64,000 bases of DNA from an uncultured Nitrospirales bacterium (GTDB lineage: Bacteria > UBA10199 > JADGCS01): contig CAZSTS010000003.1 in assembly GCA_964609965.1 (NCBI GenBank), positions 199,537 to 263,536 on the forward strand. The letters run 5' to 3'. Below, one piece after another: positions 47,810 to 57,594 of this stretch. The translations under genes were made by a program, and so were the position numbers. The notes beneath the pieces are model-generated. The model did not search any database. It was given only the letters and a program-made list of their open reading frames with translations, and had not been told where the DNA came from. Each line of letters begins with the position of its first letter. Position 1 is the first letter of the stretch.

Positions 47810-49276
47810 CTAAAACAACGGCGTAGCAGCAATCTTAGCCAGTTTGACAAAGGCATCAGGGGCAACGCCTAAGAAGATAACGAGGAAGGCACAGATAGTC
47901 ATGGAAATGCAGGCGGTGAGAGGGATTTCGTTTACAGGGGTTGGTGCATTCTCATCTTTAGCAAAAAACATATACACAGAAGGTCTTAAGTAATAATAAG
48001 CAGAAACAACCGACATGAGAACCGCAACGACCGAAAGAAGAATGTGACCGTTGTGTACGGCCATGGAAATAATGTTGAATTTAGCAGCAAAACCCACTGT
48101 GCCTGGAATCCCAATCAGCGAAATCATGAAAAGCGTGAACACCCCAGCCAAGACAGGATGCTTCTTTGCAAGCCCACGCATGTCAGTGAGCTGATCTGCC
48201 TCAGACTTTTCGCGTATCAATAATGATAAAACAGCAAATGCCCCCAACGTCATGAGGAGATAGCCGAGTAGGTAAAAAAGAACCACATGCGATGAAAAGG
48301 GCATGTACGTGCCTTTCACATACCCTGCAATGATTCCAAACAAAAGAAAACCAGCGTGTGAGATAGATGAATACGCGAGCATCCTCTTTACGTTATCTTG
48401 CACGAGAGCCAAGAGATTTCCAACCAAGAACGTGGCAATAACTAATGTGTTAAGTAAGAAATAAACCTGTTTTAAATCCAAAACATTCAGACTAATGAAA
48501 AGTCGCAATGCAAATCCAAACGCCGCAATCTTCACACCTGTTGCCATAAAACCTGTGACCGGTGCTGGTGCGCCTTCATAAACATCAGGTGCCCAAAAAT
48601 GAAAAGGCACGATGGCTAGTTTGAAAAACACACCTACTAATATGAGGGAAACAGCGATTTTTGGGAGATAGGCAAGGCTTGGTGTTGAAAGCATGGTGCC
48701 AAGCTGGCTGAGCTTGAATGTGCCAAAAGCCCCGTAAAACAGAGCAATACCGTAGAGTAAAATCGCCGAAGCCACACCACCGATGATAAAGTATTTGATG
48801 GCTGCTTCGTTGCTCTTATAGCTTTTCTTGTGTGAGGCCACGAGCACATAAATAGAAAGAGACATGGTCTCAAGGCCGATAAAGTTCACAAAGAGATGGT
48901 CAGAGGCAAACAAGAACACCATGCCTGTGATCGAAAAAAGGACGAGTGAACAAAACTCAGCAGTGAGAGTCTTGTGGATCTTCATGTAGCCCAAGGCATT
49001 GAAGAGTGTGATGATGCCCACAGCAATAACCAAGAACAAAAAGAAGAGAGTAAGGAGGTCAATCACTAATAGGCTTTGCGTGAGGGTGGTTGTAAAAGAA
49101 GCCCATTGTTTAAACCCTGTGAAGAGCGAAGCAAAAAGAGTTAAGATGCCTACGGCATACACAAGAGAGGTCATCTTTTTTGGCCAGATACAGTCGATGA
49201 GTAGGCAAAGAATGGCACCGCCAAATAAGATCCAAATCGCAATTCCTGCAGATAAAATGTTCATTAATTCGGTCAT
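47810..49276 (-). CDS. nuoN: NADH-quinone oxidoreductase subunit N
   Basis: Polytopic antiporter-like subunit. Its position after nuoM. Confidence 0.9.
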   Translation of the reverse strand: MTELMNILSAGIAIWILFGGAILCLLIDCIWPKKMTSLVYAVGILTLFASLFTGFKQWASFTTTLTQSLLVIDLLTLFFLFLVIAVGIITLFNALGYMKIHKTLTAEFCSLVLFSITGMVFLFASDHLFVNFIGLETMSLSIYVLVASHKKSYKSNEAAIKYFIIGGVASAILLYGIALFYGAFGTFKLSQLGTMLSTPSLAYLPKIAVSLILVGVFFKLAIVPFHFWAPDVYEGAPAPVTGFMATGVKIAAFGFALRLFISLNVLDLKQVYFLLNTLVIATFLVGNLLALVQDNVKRMLAYSSISHAGFLLFGIIAGYVKGTYMPFSSHVVLFYLLGYLLMTLGAFAVLSLLIREKSEADQLTDMRGLAKKHPVLAGVFTLFMISLIGIPGTVGFAAKFNIISMAVHNGHILLSVVAVLMSVVSAYYYLRPSVYMFFAKDENAPTPVNEIPLTACISMTICAFLVIFLGVAPDAFVKLAKIAATPLF

Positions 49277-49277
49277 A

Positions 49278-50828
49278 TTATTTTTCCAATGCTACTACGT
49301 CTTCAGCTTTTATCACTTCGTTCGTGTCTTCAAACTTTGCCATTGTTCTCTCATCATCTAATTTAAGTAAAATCGTTTCAGCTGATCTTTCAATCTTGTT
49401 CAAGAAAGGTTTTGGGTAAATGCCAAGCCAGAAGATAAAGATCACAATCACAGCCATCACAAGACATTCTCTCAAGTTGAGATCTTTTCCAAGTCCCTTT
49501 GTTTCTTTTGGTTTTCCAAAAAACACACGTTCAACAAGCCAGAGCATGTAAATAGCTCCTAAAACCACTCCAGTTGCCCCGAGAATCGCGAACACGGGTT
49601 TTGTTTGATAAGTTCCGAGTAAAGTGAGGAATTCGCCAACAAAACCGTTTGTGAGCGGCACACCAATGGATGAGAGGGTCACAATAATAAAAAACACAGT
49701 GTACACAGGCATGGCCTTAGCAAGTCCTGAATAATCTTTGATCATGCGCGTGTGCGTTCTGTCGTAAAGCATTCCAATGAGAAGAAAGAGGGCGCCAGTT
49801 GAAATACCATGATTAAAAATTTGATACAGGCCACCTGTCATCCCTGTTTTATTCAGCGAGAACAAACCAATCATCACAAGTCCCATGTGCGACACAGATG
49901 AATAAGCGATAAGCTTTTTCATATCAGGCTGCACCATGGCAACAAGGGCACCGTAGATGACCCCAATGGCAGCGAGAATCATGAGATAGTTTTGAAGGTA
50001 TTGCATGGCATCAGGAAAAAGAGGAATACCAAAGCGAAAGAAACCATACGTTCCCATTTTAAGCAAAATACCTGCTAGGATTACGGAACCTGCTGTGGGT
50101 GCTTGAACATGAGCGTCGGGCAACCACGTGTGAAAAGGAAACATAGGCACTTTAATCGCAAAGGCTAAAGCCATGGCCAAAAAGACCCAACACTGCGCAC
50201 CAAAAGTGAGTCGGTAATTATAGAGTTCTAAGAGGTTAAAACTCTGTCCTGCTCTAAAATAGAGATACAAAATAGCCACCAGCATGATCACAGAACCAAG
50301 CATGGTGTAGAGAAAGAATTTGAGAGAGGCATAAATACGGTTTTCACCACCCCAGACCCCAATGAGAAAATACATGGGGATGAGCATGATCTCCCAAAAG
50401 ACATAGAATAAGAAGAGATCAAGCGCGCAAAAAACACCAATCATGCCAGTGAGCAGGAACATTAGGCAGAGGAGGTAGAATTTGAGGTTGTTTTGAACAG
50501 AGTTCCAGGTGCCTAAGAGAACAAGGGGCATGGTGATGGTTGTGAGCATGATGAGTAAAAGACTCACACCATCGATTCCCAAAAGATAATGGATGTTCCA
50601 TTGCTCTATCCAAGGGATGTCGATCATGAACTGGTCGATCACACCCGTATTATTAAAGTTAAAGTAGAGTTTAAGTGAGATAAGTACTTCTAAACCAAAG
50701 ACAATAAGAGCTATTGCTTTTAACAGTACAGGACGATTTTTTGGGATAAATGCCAAGACAAGGACCCCCAAGAGAGGGAGAAAGATCAAAAGTGTGAGTA
50801 GGGGCTGATTAACGAGTTGAGTTATCAT
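49278..50828 (-). CDS. nuoM: NADH-quinone oxidoreductase subunit M
   Basis: Antiporter-like complex I subunit motifs. Confidence 0.9.
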   Translation of the reverse strand: MITQLVNQPLLTLLIFLPLLGVLVLAFIPKNRPVLLKAIALIVFGLEVLISLKLYFNFNNTGVIDQFMIDIPWIEQWNIHYLLGIDGVSLLLIMLTTITMPLVLLGTWNSVQNNLKFYLLCLMFLLTGMIGVFCALDLFLFYVFWEIMLIPMYFLIGVWGGENRIYASLKFFLYTMLGSVIMLVAILYLYFRAGQSFNLLELYNYRLTFGAQCWVFLAMALAFAIKVPMFPFHTWLPDAHVQAPTAGSVILAGILLKMGTYGFFRFGIPLFPDAMQYLQNYLMILAAIGVIYGALVAMVQPDMKKLIAYSSVSHMGLVMIGLFSLNKTGMTGGLYQIFNHGISTGALFLLIGMLYDRTHTRMIKDYSGLAKAMPVYTVFFIIVTLSSIGVPLTNGFVGEFLTLLGTYQTKPVFAILGATGVVLGAIYMLWLVERVFFGKPKETKGLGKDLNLRECLVMAVIVIFIFWLGIYPKPFLNKIERSAETILLKLDDERTMAKFEDTNEVIKAEDVVALEK

Positions 50829-50843
50829 ATTCTAATATTTTTC

Positions 50844-52802
50844 TTAGGTTAGTACCAATGTAATCAGAACCAACCAAAGTCCTATTAATAAATAAAAAAC
50901 ATAATGGTTAATATAGCCTGTTTGAATAATCGAGAGCGAACGGGCAAAAAACCGTGAAGCATGGGCCAAACCATTGACCATGAGACCATCGATAATTTTA
51001 GCGTCAAAAATCTTATTTAAGAAACAATCAGAAATCACTTTTATGGGGGTGATGATCAGGGCATTGTAGAGTTCATCAACTTTAAATTTGTTATAAACTA
51101 AATTGTAGAGAAAGCTTAAGCTCTTCTTAATGGGGGCTGTAAAGTTAAGGTTCTTAGTGTAGAGGCGATAGGCCATATAAAGACAGAAAACAGCCCAAGC
51201 AGTCGAGATAAGCATGAGGTGGCCTTCTTGTAAGAACGAACCGTCAATGTGATGAGGTGTGTGTTGTCCTAAAGAGTTAAGCCAATGTCCAAACCAATTA
51301 TGACCAAAGATATGGGGGAGTCCAATAAAACCAACGAGTGACGCAAACACAGCTAATATGATGAGAGGGTAAGTCATCACAGCAGGTGATTCATGGATTT
51401 TTTCTGGGTGTTTGTAGCGAGTCTCACCCATGAATGTATAGACGAAAGCGCGCATCATATAAAAGGCAGTGATGCCAGCAGTGAGCAATCCTAACCAATA
51501 GTAAATGGGGTGCTGGCCATTGGCGTACGTCATGTAAAGGATCTCATCCTTACTAAAAAAACCAGAAAACGGAGGAATGCCAGAGATAGCCAAAGTGAAG
51601 AGCAAAAACGTGATAGCTGTTATTGGCATCTTCTTCCACAGCCCACCCATTTGTCTTATATCTTGTTCATGATGGAGAGAGTTAATCACAGAACCAGCGC
51701 AAAGGAAAAGTCCTGCTTTAAAGAAGGCGTGTGTAAAGACGTGAAAGATGGCTCCCGAAAAAGCACCCACACCTAGGGCCAAGAACATATAACCCAGCTG
51801 ACTTACAGTCGAGTAGGCCAGGACTTTTTTAATATCGTACTGTGTGAGACCAATGAGCGCGGCAATAAAGGCTGTTGAGACTCCCACAATAGCAATGACG
51901 TGCAGGGTAATGGGGGCTAAGACAAAGAGAAAACTCAATTTGGCGATCATGTAAATGCCTGCTGTGACCATTGTGGCAGCGTGGATGAGAGCTGATACAG
52001 GAGTAGGGCCTGCCATGGCATCGGGGAGCCATATATAGAGAGGGATTTGAGCAGACTTTCCTGTGGCGCCAAAGAAAAGACAAAGCGTGATCAGTGTGAT
52101 ACCTGGGCCAAGTAAGTGGGCGTTTTGTGAGAGAGTGGCAATGTCCAAGAAATTCGTACTGGTTGGACTAGCATCGCCTTGGATTCCCACTAAGGTGGCC
52201 ACGATCATGAACATGCCAAGCAAAAAACCAAAATCACCAATGCGGTTCACAATAAAGGCTTTTTTACCTGCCACGGCTTTTTCTTTATCGGTAAACCAAA
52301 AGCCAATGAGAAGATAAGAACAAAGCCCAACGCCTTCCCAACCCACAAAGAGAAAAACAAGAGAGTCGGCCAGAACAAGAATAAGCATGAAAAAGAGAAA
52401 GAGATTTAAGTACGCCATGTATCTGGCATAAGCTTCGTCTTCTTTCATATAACCGATCGAATACACATGGATGAGGAATCCAACTCCAGTAATGAAAAGA
52501 AGCATGATGCTTGTGAGGTGGTCGATACAGAAGCCAAAGGAAAGAGAGAATTCTTCTAAGATCATCCAGTCTAAAAGATTGCTGGCTTTGAGGGAGACAA
52601 GATCAGGGTTTTGAAAAAGGGTTATGAATGCAAAAACTGATATGAGAAAGGCCAGAAAAGTTGAAGAACAGGCAATGAAAGATGTGATCTTAGTGCTAAA
52701 AAAGCCTTTGCCCCGAGATTGTTGAAAGGCAATGATCCCGTTCATGAAAAAACCGAGTAGAGGAAGAAGGGGGATGAGGGTTATGTATAAGCTGTTAGTC
52801 AT
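50844..52802 (-). CDS. nuoL: NADH-quinone oxidoreductase subunit L
   Basis: 652 aa with a long C-terminal extension typical of NuoL. Confidence 0.9.
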   Translation of the reverse strand: MTNSLYITLIPLLPLLGFFMNGIIAFQQSRGKGFFSTKITSFIACSSTFLAFLISVFAFITLFQNPDLVSLKASNLLDWMILEEFSLSFGFCIDHLTSIMLLFITGVGFLIHVYSIGYMKEDEAYARYMAYLNLFLFFMLILVLADSLVFLFVGWEGVGLCSYLLIGFWFTDKEKAVAGKKAFIVNRIGDFGFLLGMFMIVATLVGIQGDASPTSTNFLDIATLSQNAHLLGPGITLITLCLFFGATGKSAQIPLYIWLPDAMAGPTPVSALIHAATMVTAGIYMIAKLSFLFVLAPITLHVIAIVGVSTAFIAALIGLTQYDIKKVLAYSTVSQLGYMFLALGVGAFSGAIFHVFTHAFFKAGLFLCAGSVINSLHHEQDIRQMGGLWKKMPITAITFLLFTLAISGIPPFSGFFSKDEILYMTYANGQHPIYYWLGLLTAGITAFYMMRAFVYTFMGETRYKHPEKIHESPAVMTYPLIILAVFASLVGFIGLPHIFGHNWFGHWLNSLGQHTPHHIDGSFLQEGHLMLISTAWAVFCLYMAYRLYTKNLNFTAPIKKSLSFLYNLVYNKFKVDELYNALIITPIKVISDCFLNKIFDAKIIDGLMVNGLAHASRFFARSLSIIQTGYINHYVFYLLIGLWLVLITLVLT

Positions 52803-52897
52803 AGGTTACAGGTTACAGGCTTCAGGTTACAAGTCACGGGATACGATAATCGATAGGTTTTCAGTCGACCCACAATTCACTATCTACGATCCACTAG
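52803..52897. repeat. Heptanucleotide array filling the entire nuoK-nuoL spacer (gttacag gttacag gcttcag gttacaa gtcacgg gatacga ...)
   Basis: About 13 consecutive 7-nt units. Confidence 0.75.
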
Positions 52898-53206
52898 TCA
52901 TCCTTTCATAGCCTTTAAATCATCTGTTTTAATCGTCTCTCTATTTCTAAAAAGCGCGATCACAATACCAAGTCCAATGGCTGCCTCCACAGCAGCAATA
53001 GCCATCACAAAAATAGAAATCACATGCCCATCTATATTATTATAATAACGCGCGAGGGCAATAAAGGTGAGATTAACTGCATTCATGAGCACTTCGATGC
53101 ACATGAGTACAATAAGAATATTTCTTCTGATAATAATGCCAATAAGACCCAAGCAAAATAACAATGCTGATAAAATGAGGTAATGATGTATCGAAATAGA
53201 AGTCAT
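52898..53206 (-). CDS. nuoK: NADH-quinone oxidoreductase subunit K
   Basis: 102 aa, three TM helices, NuoK-like. Confidence 0.9.
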   Translation of the reverse strand: MTSISIHHYLILSALLFCLGLIGIIIRRNILIVLMCIEVLMNAVNLTFIALARYYNNIDGHVISIFVMAIAAVEAAIGLGIVIALFRNRETIKTDDLKAMKG

Positions 53207-53220
53207 AAAAAAAAGTACCT

Positions 53221-53715
53221 CTACGATTCCTTTCTTCCTAATAAGACAGCCCCCACAATACCCACGAGGAGCAAGACTCCAATGAGTTCAAAGGGGATGA
53301 CATATTTTGTAAACATGAGTTCGCCTATTTGCTCAGCTGTGCCAAACTCTGGTGCTAGTTCTGGAAGGTGTATTAATGGCAATAAGAGAAATTCAATGGC
53401 AAAAAAGGCAAATAACCCAAGGCCTATGAGTATGGCTATGATTCGGCCTAGGTTAAGCTTATCGCGAATATAATCATTCTTTTTGAGATTAAGGAGCATG
53501 ATAACAAAAACAAATAAGACCATGACAGCGCCTGCGTAGACGAGGATTTGTAAAACAGCTACAAAATGAGCGCTGAGTAATGCGTAGAGTGCTGCCAGTG
53601 AGAAGAAGGAAATAATAAGACAAAAGGCGCTTGAGATAGGGTTCTTTTGAAGAATCATTAAGATGACAGTGGAAACCGTGATAAAAGAAAATATGTAGAA
53701 TAGATACACGTCCAT
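53221..53715 (-). CDS. nuoJ: NADH-quinone oxidoreductase subunit J
   Basis: 164 aa, NuoJ-like TM pattern. Confidence 0.85.
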   Translation of the reverse strand: MDVYLFYIFSFITVSTVILMILQKNPISSAFCLIISFFSLAALYALLSAHFVAVLQILVYAGAVMVLFVFVIMLLNLKKNDYIRDKLNLGRIIAILIGLGLFAFFAIEFLLLPLIHLPELAPEFGTAEQIGELMFTKYVIPFELIGVLLLVGIVGAVLLGRKES

Positions 53716-53756
53716 ATAATTTGGTCAAAGGTCTAAGGTCAAAAGTCAAATGTCAG
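53716..53756. repeat. Heptanucleotide array filling the nuoH-nuoJ spacer (ggtcaaa ggtctaa ggtcaaa agtcaaa tgtcaga)
   Basis: Seen directly. It occupies the position where nuoI would normally be. Confidence 0.75.
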
Positions 53757-55006
53757 AGGGCCATTCGTAAGGCCGTAATCACAATATTTACCATAGCCAA
53801 AGGTAATAAAACTTTCCAACCCAGGTTCATGAGTTGGTCATATCTAATTCGGGGTACTGTCCAGCGGATCCAAATAAAAACCCAACACATGAAAAGAGTT
53901 TTTGCTAAAAAGATACCTGCTTGAATGAGTGCTGTGATCCACAGGCCAGCACTTTGGGGTAAAGGTATTTTACCAAAGAAGATGATTGCGATGATGAGGG
54001 CAACACCAACAAAGAGTGCAGGGAGTCCCCAAACGAGAACCTCATAATCACGTTTGTCTCCGTAATGCCCTTTTTTGAATTTAAGACTTAAGTAAATCCC
54101 TACAATGATGGCAATCAAAGCTGTGCCAGATAAAAGGGCGAATAATACTTGGCTCGCGTTGCTGCGCATGAACTCGGTTGAGATAAAGGGAACCTGCCAG
54201 CCACCAAAGAACAAAGTAACGATTAAAGCTGAGGCAATAACCATGTTCACGTATTCAGCCATAAAGAACATAGAGAATTTGAGAGAAGAATATTCCACAT
54301 GATAGCCAGCTACAAGTTCGGATTCGCCTTCTGGGAGGTCAAAGGGGGTTCTGTTAGTTTCGGCAAAGGCTGATATAATAAAGATAATACAGGCTATGGG
54401 ATCAAAAAAGCAGTGCCAGCGCCAAACATTGGCGGTTTGGGTGAGGACCATATCATTTAAGGAGAGAGATCCCGTCCACATGACGATTGAAATGATGGCC
54501 AGTCCCATGGAGAGCTCATAACTGATCATTTGGGCGCTTGATCTTAAGCCCCCCAAAAGAGCGTATTTATTATTAGAGGACCATCCAGCCAACATAATGC
54601 CATATACACCCAGGCTAGTGATCGCTAATATATATAAGACACCGACATTGAGGTTAGCAGCCTGGAAATGGAAGAAATTGCCAGTAAATTCAGCAGGTTC
54701 GGCAAAAGGGATGACCATAAAGGTCACACAGGCCACAAAGAGGGCGATAAAGGGAGCAATTGTATAGTAGAACTTGTTTGCCTGGGAGGGGATGATGTCT
54801 TCCTTAAAGATGAGTTTGACCACATCGGCTATGGGGTGAACAAGGCCTCCAAGACGGACCCCTAATACAGCGGCTCTATTTGGCCCACGACGATCTTGAA
54901 TATAGGCAGATCCTTTGCGCTCTAGCCAGACGAGTAAAGGCACAAATGAGAAAATGATGGCAAAGGGAATGAGGATTTTGAGTAGGACTATGAGTATTTC
55001 AGACAT
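53753..55006 (-). CDS. nuoH: NADH-quinone oxidoreductase subunit H
   Basis: NuoH/ND1 signatures (...GWSSNNKYALLGGLR...). Confidence 0.9.
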   Translation of the reverse strand: MSEILIVLLKILIPFAIIFSFVPLLVWLERKGSAYIQDRRGPNRAAVLGVRLGGLVHPIADVVKLIFKEDIIPSQANKFYYTIAPFIALFVACVTFMVIPFAEPAEFTGNFFHFQAANLNVGVLYILAITSLGVYGIMLAGWSSNNKYALLGGLRSSAQMISYELSMGLAIISIVMWTGSLSLNDMVLTQTANVWRWHCFFDPIACIIFIISAFAETNRTPFDLPEGESELVAGYHVEYSSLKFSMFFMAEYVNMVIASALIVTLFFGGWQVPFISTEFMRSNASQVLFALLSGTALIAIIVGIYLSLKFKKGHYGDKRDYEVLVWGLPALFVGVALIIAIIFFGKIPLPQSAGLWITALIQAGIFLAKTLFMCWVFIWIRWTVPRIRYDQLMNLGWKVLLPLAMVNIVITALRMAL

Positions 55007-55089
55007 AGATCTCTATATATATACTTCTGGTTTTCGTATTCTGTACTCTAACAGGGCGGTTCATAACTAATAATATATATGATGACAAT

Positions 55090-55185
55090 TAAAAAAGAGG
55101 TCAAAGGTCTAAGGTCGAAAGTCGAAAGTCAAAGGTCATGGGGATTTCTTCTGACATTTGACCTTAGACTTTAGACTTTTGACCA
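55090..55185. repeat. Long imperfect palindrome made of two opposed heptanucleotide arrays (ggtcaaa ggtctaa ggtcgaa agtcgaa agtcaaa ggtcatg ... catttga ccttaga ctttaga cttttga cc)
   Basis: The arms are reverse-complementary over about 35 nt. Located upstream of nuoH. Confidence 0.75.
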
Positions 55186-55186
55186 A

Positions 55187-55744
55187 CTACAACTTATGCT
55201 TCTGCAATTCTTCACCCATGTATTTATCAAAAAGAATATGCCATTCAGCTGTACCAGGTACCACGTTCTTTTTAAGAGTCGCGATTTTCTTTATCACCAC
55301 ATCTTCTAGTCGGTCCCGGGTTGTCACAAATTCATTAATATCCTTTTGTATTTGACTCAATGCTTCTTCTTCATCTGTATAATTTACATCTTCATCCAAA
55401 TAGAGCTTATCATGAATCTTAAGCGCAATTGATTTAATATGGTCTTCGGAATAATTTATTTCGCTGTGATGGAGGCCTTCTTGTTTAAGGAGCTGAGTTT
55501 TGATCATTGAGAACATCTTTTGATAGTCAATTTCGCCAGACTCGATTTTATCGCGATACTGTTCTGTCATTTCTTTTGCCTTTTTGTTTATGGCATCAAA
55601 TTTAGCTGAATCAGCTAGAAAAACAGACTCAATCTTCTTTTTTATCTCAGCATCTGTTGAGATCAGCTTGATGAGCTTGTGGCCTACAAGAGAATTAAAA
55701 ATAATTTGAGAGAGTTTGACAAAGTGTTCTTTTTTGTATTTCAT
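55187..55744 (-). CDS. Hypothetical cytoplasmic helical protein (185 aa)
   Basis: ORF only. Confidence 0.4.
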   Translation of the reverse strand: MKYKKEHFVKLSQIIFNSLVGHKLIKLISTDAEIKKKIESVFLADSAKFDAINKKAKEMTEQYRDKIESGEIDYQKMFSMIKTQLLKQEGLHHSEINYSEDHIKSIALKIHDKLYLDEDVNYTDEEEALSQIQKDINEFVTTRDRLEDVVIKKIATLKKNVVPGTAEWHILFDKYMGEELQKHKL

Positions 55745-55814
55745 AAATATTCCTTTTCAAGCTCTAAGGCGTAAGATATAAGTATTAAAGATCGCAGAAC
55801 ACATAGGAGATTAC

Positions 55815-56834
55815 ATGATAGTTGTCATGCAAAAAGGGGTGAGCAAAGCCCAGGTTAAAAAGGTCGAAAAAAAGGTACAAGAGTTTGGTTTTACACCTCA
55901 TCCAATATTTGGTGAAGAACGAACTGTTGTGGCTTGTGTGGGCACAGGTAATCGCAAAGATCTCGAAGCGCTGCGTCTCATTGATGGTGTTTCTGATCTT
56001 GTGGCTATATCCAAACCATATAAACTAGCGAGTACTGAGGTAAGACAACAACGCACACTGATAACCCTCTTGGATGGAAAAATAACAATAGGAGGAAAAG
56101 AGATTGTTGTTATTGCAGGTCCTTGTTCTGTAGAGTCTGAAGAACAGATTCTCACAACGGCTCGAGCAGCAAAAAAAGCTGGTGCTCAAATTTTACGAGG
56201 AGGAGCTTGGAAGCCACGCACAAGTCCGTATAGTTTTCAGGGGCTCGCTGAAGATGGGTTAAAGCTATTAGATTTAGCTAGAAAAGAAACAGGCTTAGCA
56301 GTGATCACAGAAGTGATGAATCCTAGAGATATCGAGTTAGTCGAAAAATACTCTGATATTATGCAAGTAGGGGCTCGTAATGTGCAAAACTTTGCCATGT
56401 TAAAGGAATTAGGCCAATGTCAAAAGCCTGTGTTCCTAAAACGGGGTATGGCCACCACAATTCAAGAGTGGTTGATGAGTGCTGAATATATTATTTCTTC
56501 TGGAAACCCAGATGTTATTCTTTGTGAAAGAGGTATTCGGACTTTCGAAACAGCCACAAGAAACACATTAGATTTAAATGCTGTTCCTGTTCTTAAAGAA
56601 CAAACTCATCTACCTATCTTTGTTGATCCCGCACATGGAACAGGTTACTGGCAATACGTATCGCCTATGGCATGCGCTGCTGTTGCTGCTGGGGCCGATG
56701 GTCTTATGATCGAAGTTCATCCCGATCCTGCAAATGCATGGAGTGACGGTGGACAATCACTAAAATTTGAAACTTTTTCAACGCTCATGAAAAAAATTCG
56801 TCAAGTTGCGAGGGCAATAAATAGAGAACTATAA
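55815..56834 (+). CDS. 3-deoxy-7-phosphoheptulonate (DAHP) synthase, type I-beta with an N-terminal ACT/ferredoxin-like regulatory domain
   Basis: Resembles Thermotoga-type DAHPS (KDO8PS-like TIM barrel; ...GARNVQNF..., KRG...) with an extra N-terminal domain of about 90 aa. Confidence 0.8.
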   Translation: MIVVMQKGVSKAQVKKVEKKVQEFGFTPHPIFGEERTVVACVGTGNRKDLEALRLIDGVSDLVAISKPYKLASTEVRQQRTLITLLDGKITIGGKEIVVIAGPCSVESEEQILTTARAAKKAGAQILRGGAWKPRTSPYSFQGLAEDGLKLLDLARKETGLAVITEVMNPRDIELVEKYSDIMQVGARNVQNFAMLKELGQCQKPVFLKRGMATTIQEWLMSAEYIISSGNPDVILCERGIRTFETATRNTLDLNAVPVLKEQTHLPIFVDPAHGTGYWQYVSPMACAAVAAGADGLMIEVHPDPANAWSDGGQSLKFETFSTLMKKIRQVARAINREL

Positions 56835-57082
56835 TTATAAAATGAACATTTAGATAGAAAATTGAAAAAAAAATTAAAAAATTTTTTTCTGCGTTAAAAA
56901 AAACAAAAAGGGATCAAATTTTAGAAAAATATATTGAAGCAAGCTTTTGAGTATGGATATGATCCAAGTTTGCCAAGTGTTTGGCGATGTCAATAAAAAA
57001 ATATCACACCTAGTTTGACAGCTCTGTTTAAGCAAAAAAACACATCGAAACTGCCAAGTCTTTGAAAACTAATAAAATTAAT

Positions 57083-57112
57083 TTGACACAACAAAAAAAA
57101 ACCAAATATAAT
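57083..57112 (+). promoter_or_regulatory. Near-consensus sigma-70 promoter (TTGACA-N18-TATAAT) for the histone-like gene
   Basis: TTGACA at 57083-57088 and TATAAT at 57107-57112. An A-rich UP-like region lies upstream. Confidence 0.55.
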
Positions 57113-57171
57113 TAGATTATGAAGTTAAATCTAGATTTAACTTGAACAACCCACACCAAAAAGGAGGCGTA

Positions 57172-57387
57172 ATGGCCGTTAAAAAGAAAAAAAAGGTAGT
57201 AAGAAAGAAAAAAGCAACTAAGAAAAAAGCAGCTCCTAAAAAAAGAAAAACAGCAAAAAGAAAACCAGCTAAAAAGAAAAAAGCTGCTAAGAAAAAACCA
57301 GCTAAAAAGAAAAAAGCTGCTAAGAAAAAACCAGCTAAAAAGAAAAAAGCTGCTAAGAAAAAACCAGCAAAAAAGAAAAAGAAATAA
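57172..57387 (+). CDS. Histone H1-like Lys/Ala-rich DNA-binding protein (71 aa)
   Basis: Start set to the ATG at 57172, which has a perfect AGGAGG RBS. Composed of KKKPAKKKKAA repeats, comparable to Hc1/BpH1-type bacterial histone-like proteins. Confidence 0.7.
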   Translation: MAVKKKKKVVRKKKATKKKAAPKKRKTAKRKPAKKKKAAKKKPAKKKKAAKKKPAKKKKAAKKKPAKKKKK

Positions 57388-57412
57388 CAAAGCAATTGTT
57401 GGTAAAAAAATT

Positions 57413-57456
57413 AAAAAAAGCTCCGGGGTTTACGCCTTTAGGAGCTTTTTTTTTGG
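57413..57456 (+). terminator. Rho-independent terminator (agctcc ... ggagct then TTTTTTTTT)
   Basis: Stem-loop followed by a 9-T run. Confidence 0.8.
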
Positions 57457-57486
57457 CACAAGGCTCGCGCCTTGTGTTTTGTTTTA
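57455..57486 (+). terminator. Second tandem terminator hairpin (cacaaggc-tcgc-gccttgtg then ttttgtttt)
   Basis: 8-bp stem plus a T-tract. Confidence 0.65.
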
Positions 57487-57499
57487 ACTAACGCGCTTA

Positions 57500-57524
57500 C
57501 CTGGGCTCGTAAAGCTCGCCCACG
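57500..57524. repeat. Copy of the 25-nt motif CTGGGCTCGTAAAGCTCGCCCACGC (see 45052-45076)
   Basis: Sequence identity to the other copy. Confidence 0.5.
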
Positions 57525-57594
57525 CTTTTTTTTTACCCTACAATATGAGTAAGGCCTTAAATTAGTTATTGCTCCTGTCTCCACTTGTCGTTAT

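Noticed and set aside
57142-57171. Upstream start proposed by the ORF track for the histone-like protein (MNNPHQKGGVMAVKK)
   Set aside because: The ATG at 57172 is preceded at ideal spacing by AGGAGG. The upstream ATG lacks an RBS and would be translated from within the promoter-proximal leader.
57112-57395. Two 92-aa ORFs on the minus strand (Phe/Leu-rich) antisense to the histone-like gene
   Set aside because: They are mirror-image artefacts of the Lys/Ala codon repeats (AAG/AAA/GCT read on the opposite strand). They have no RBS, and the sense gene has a perfect SD, promoter and terminators.
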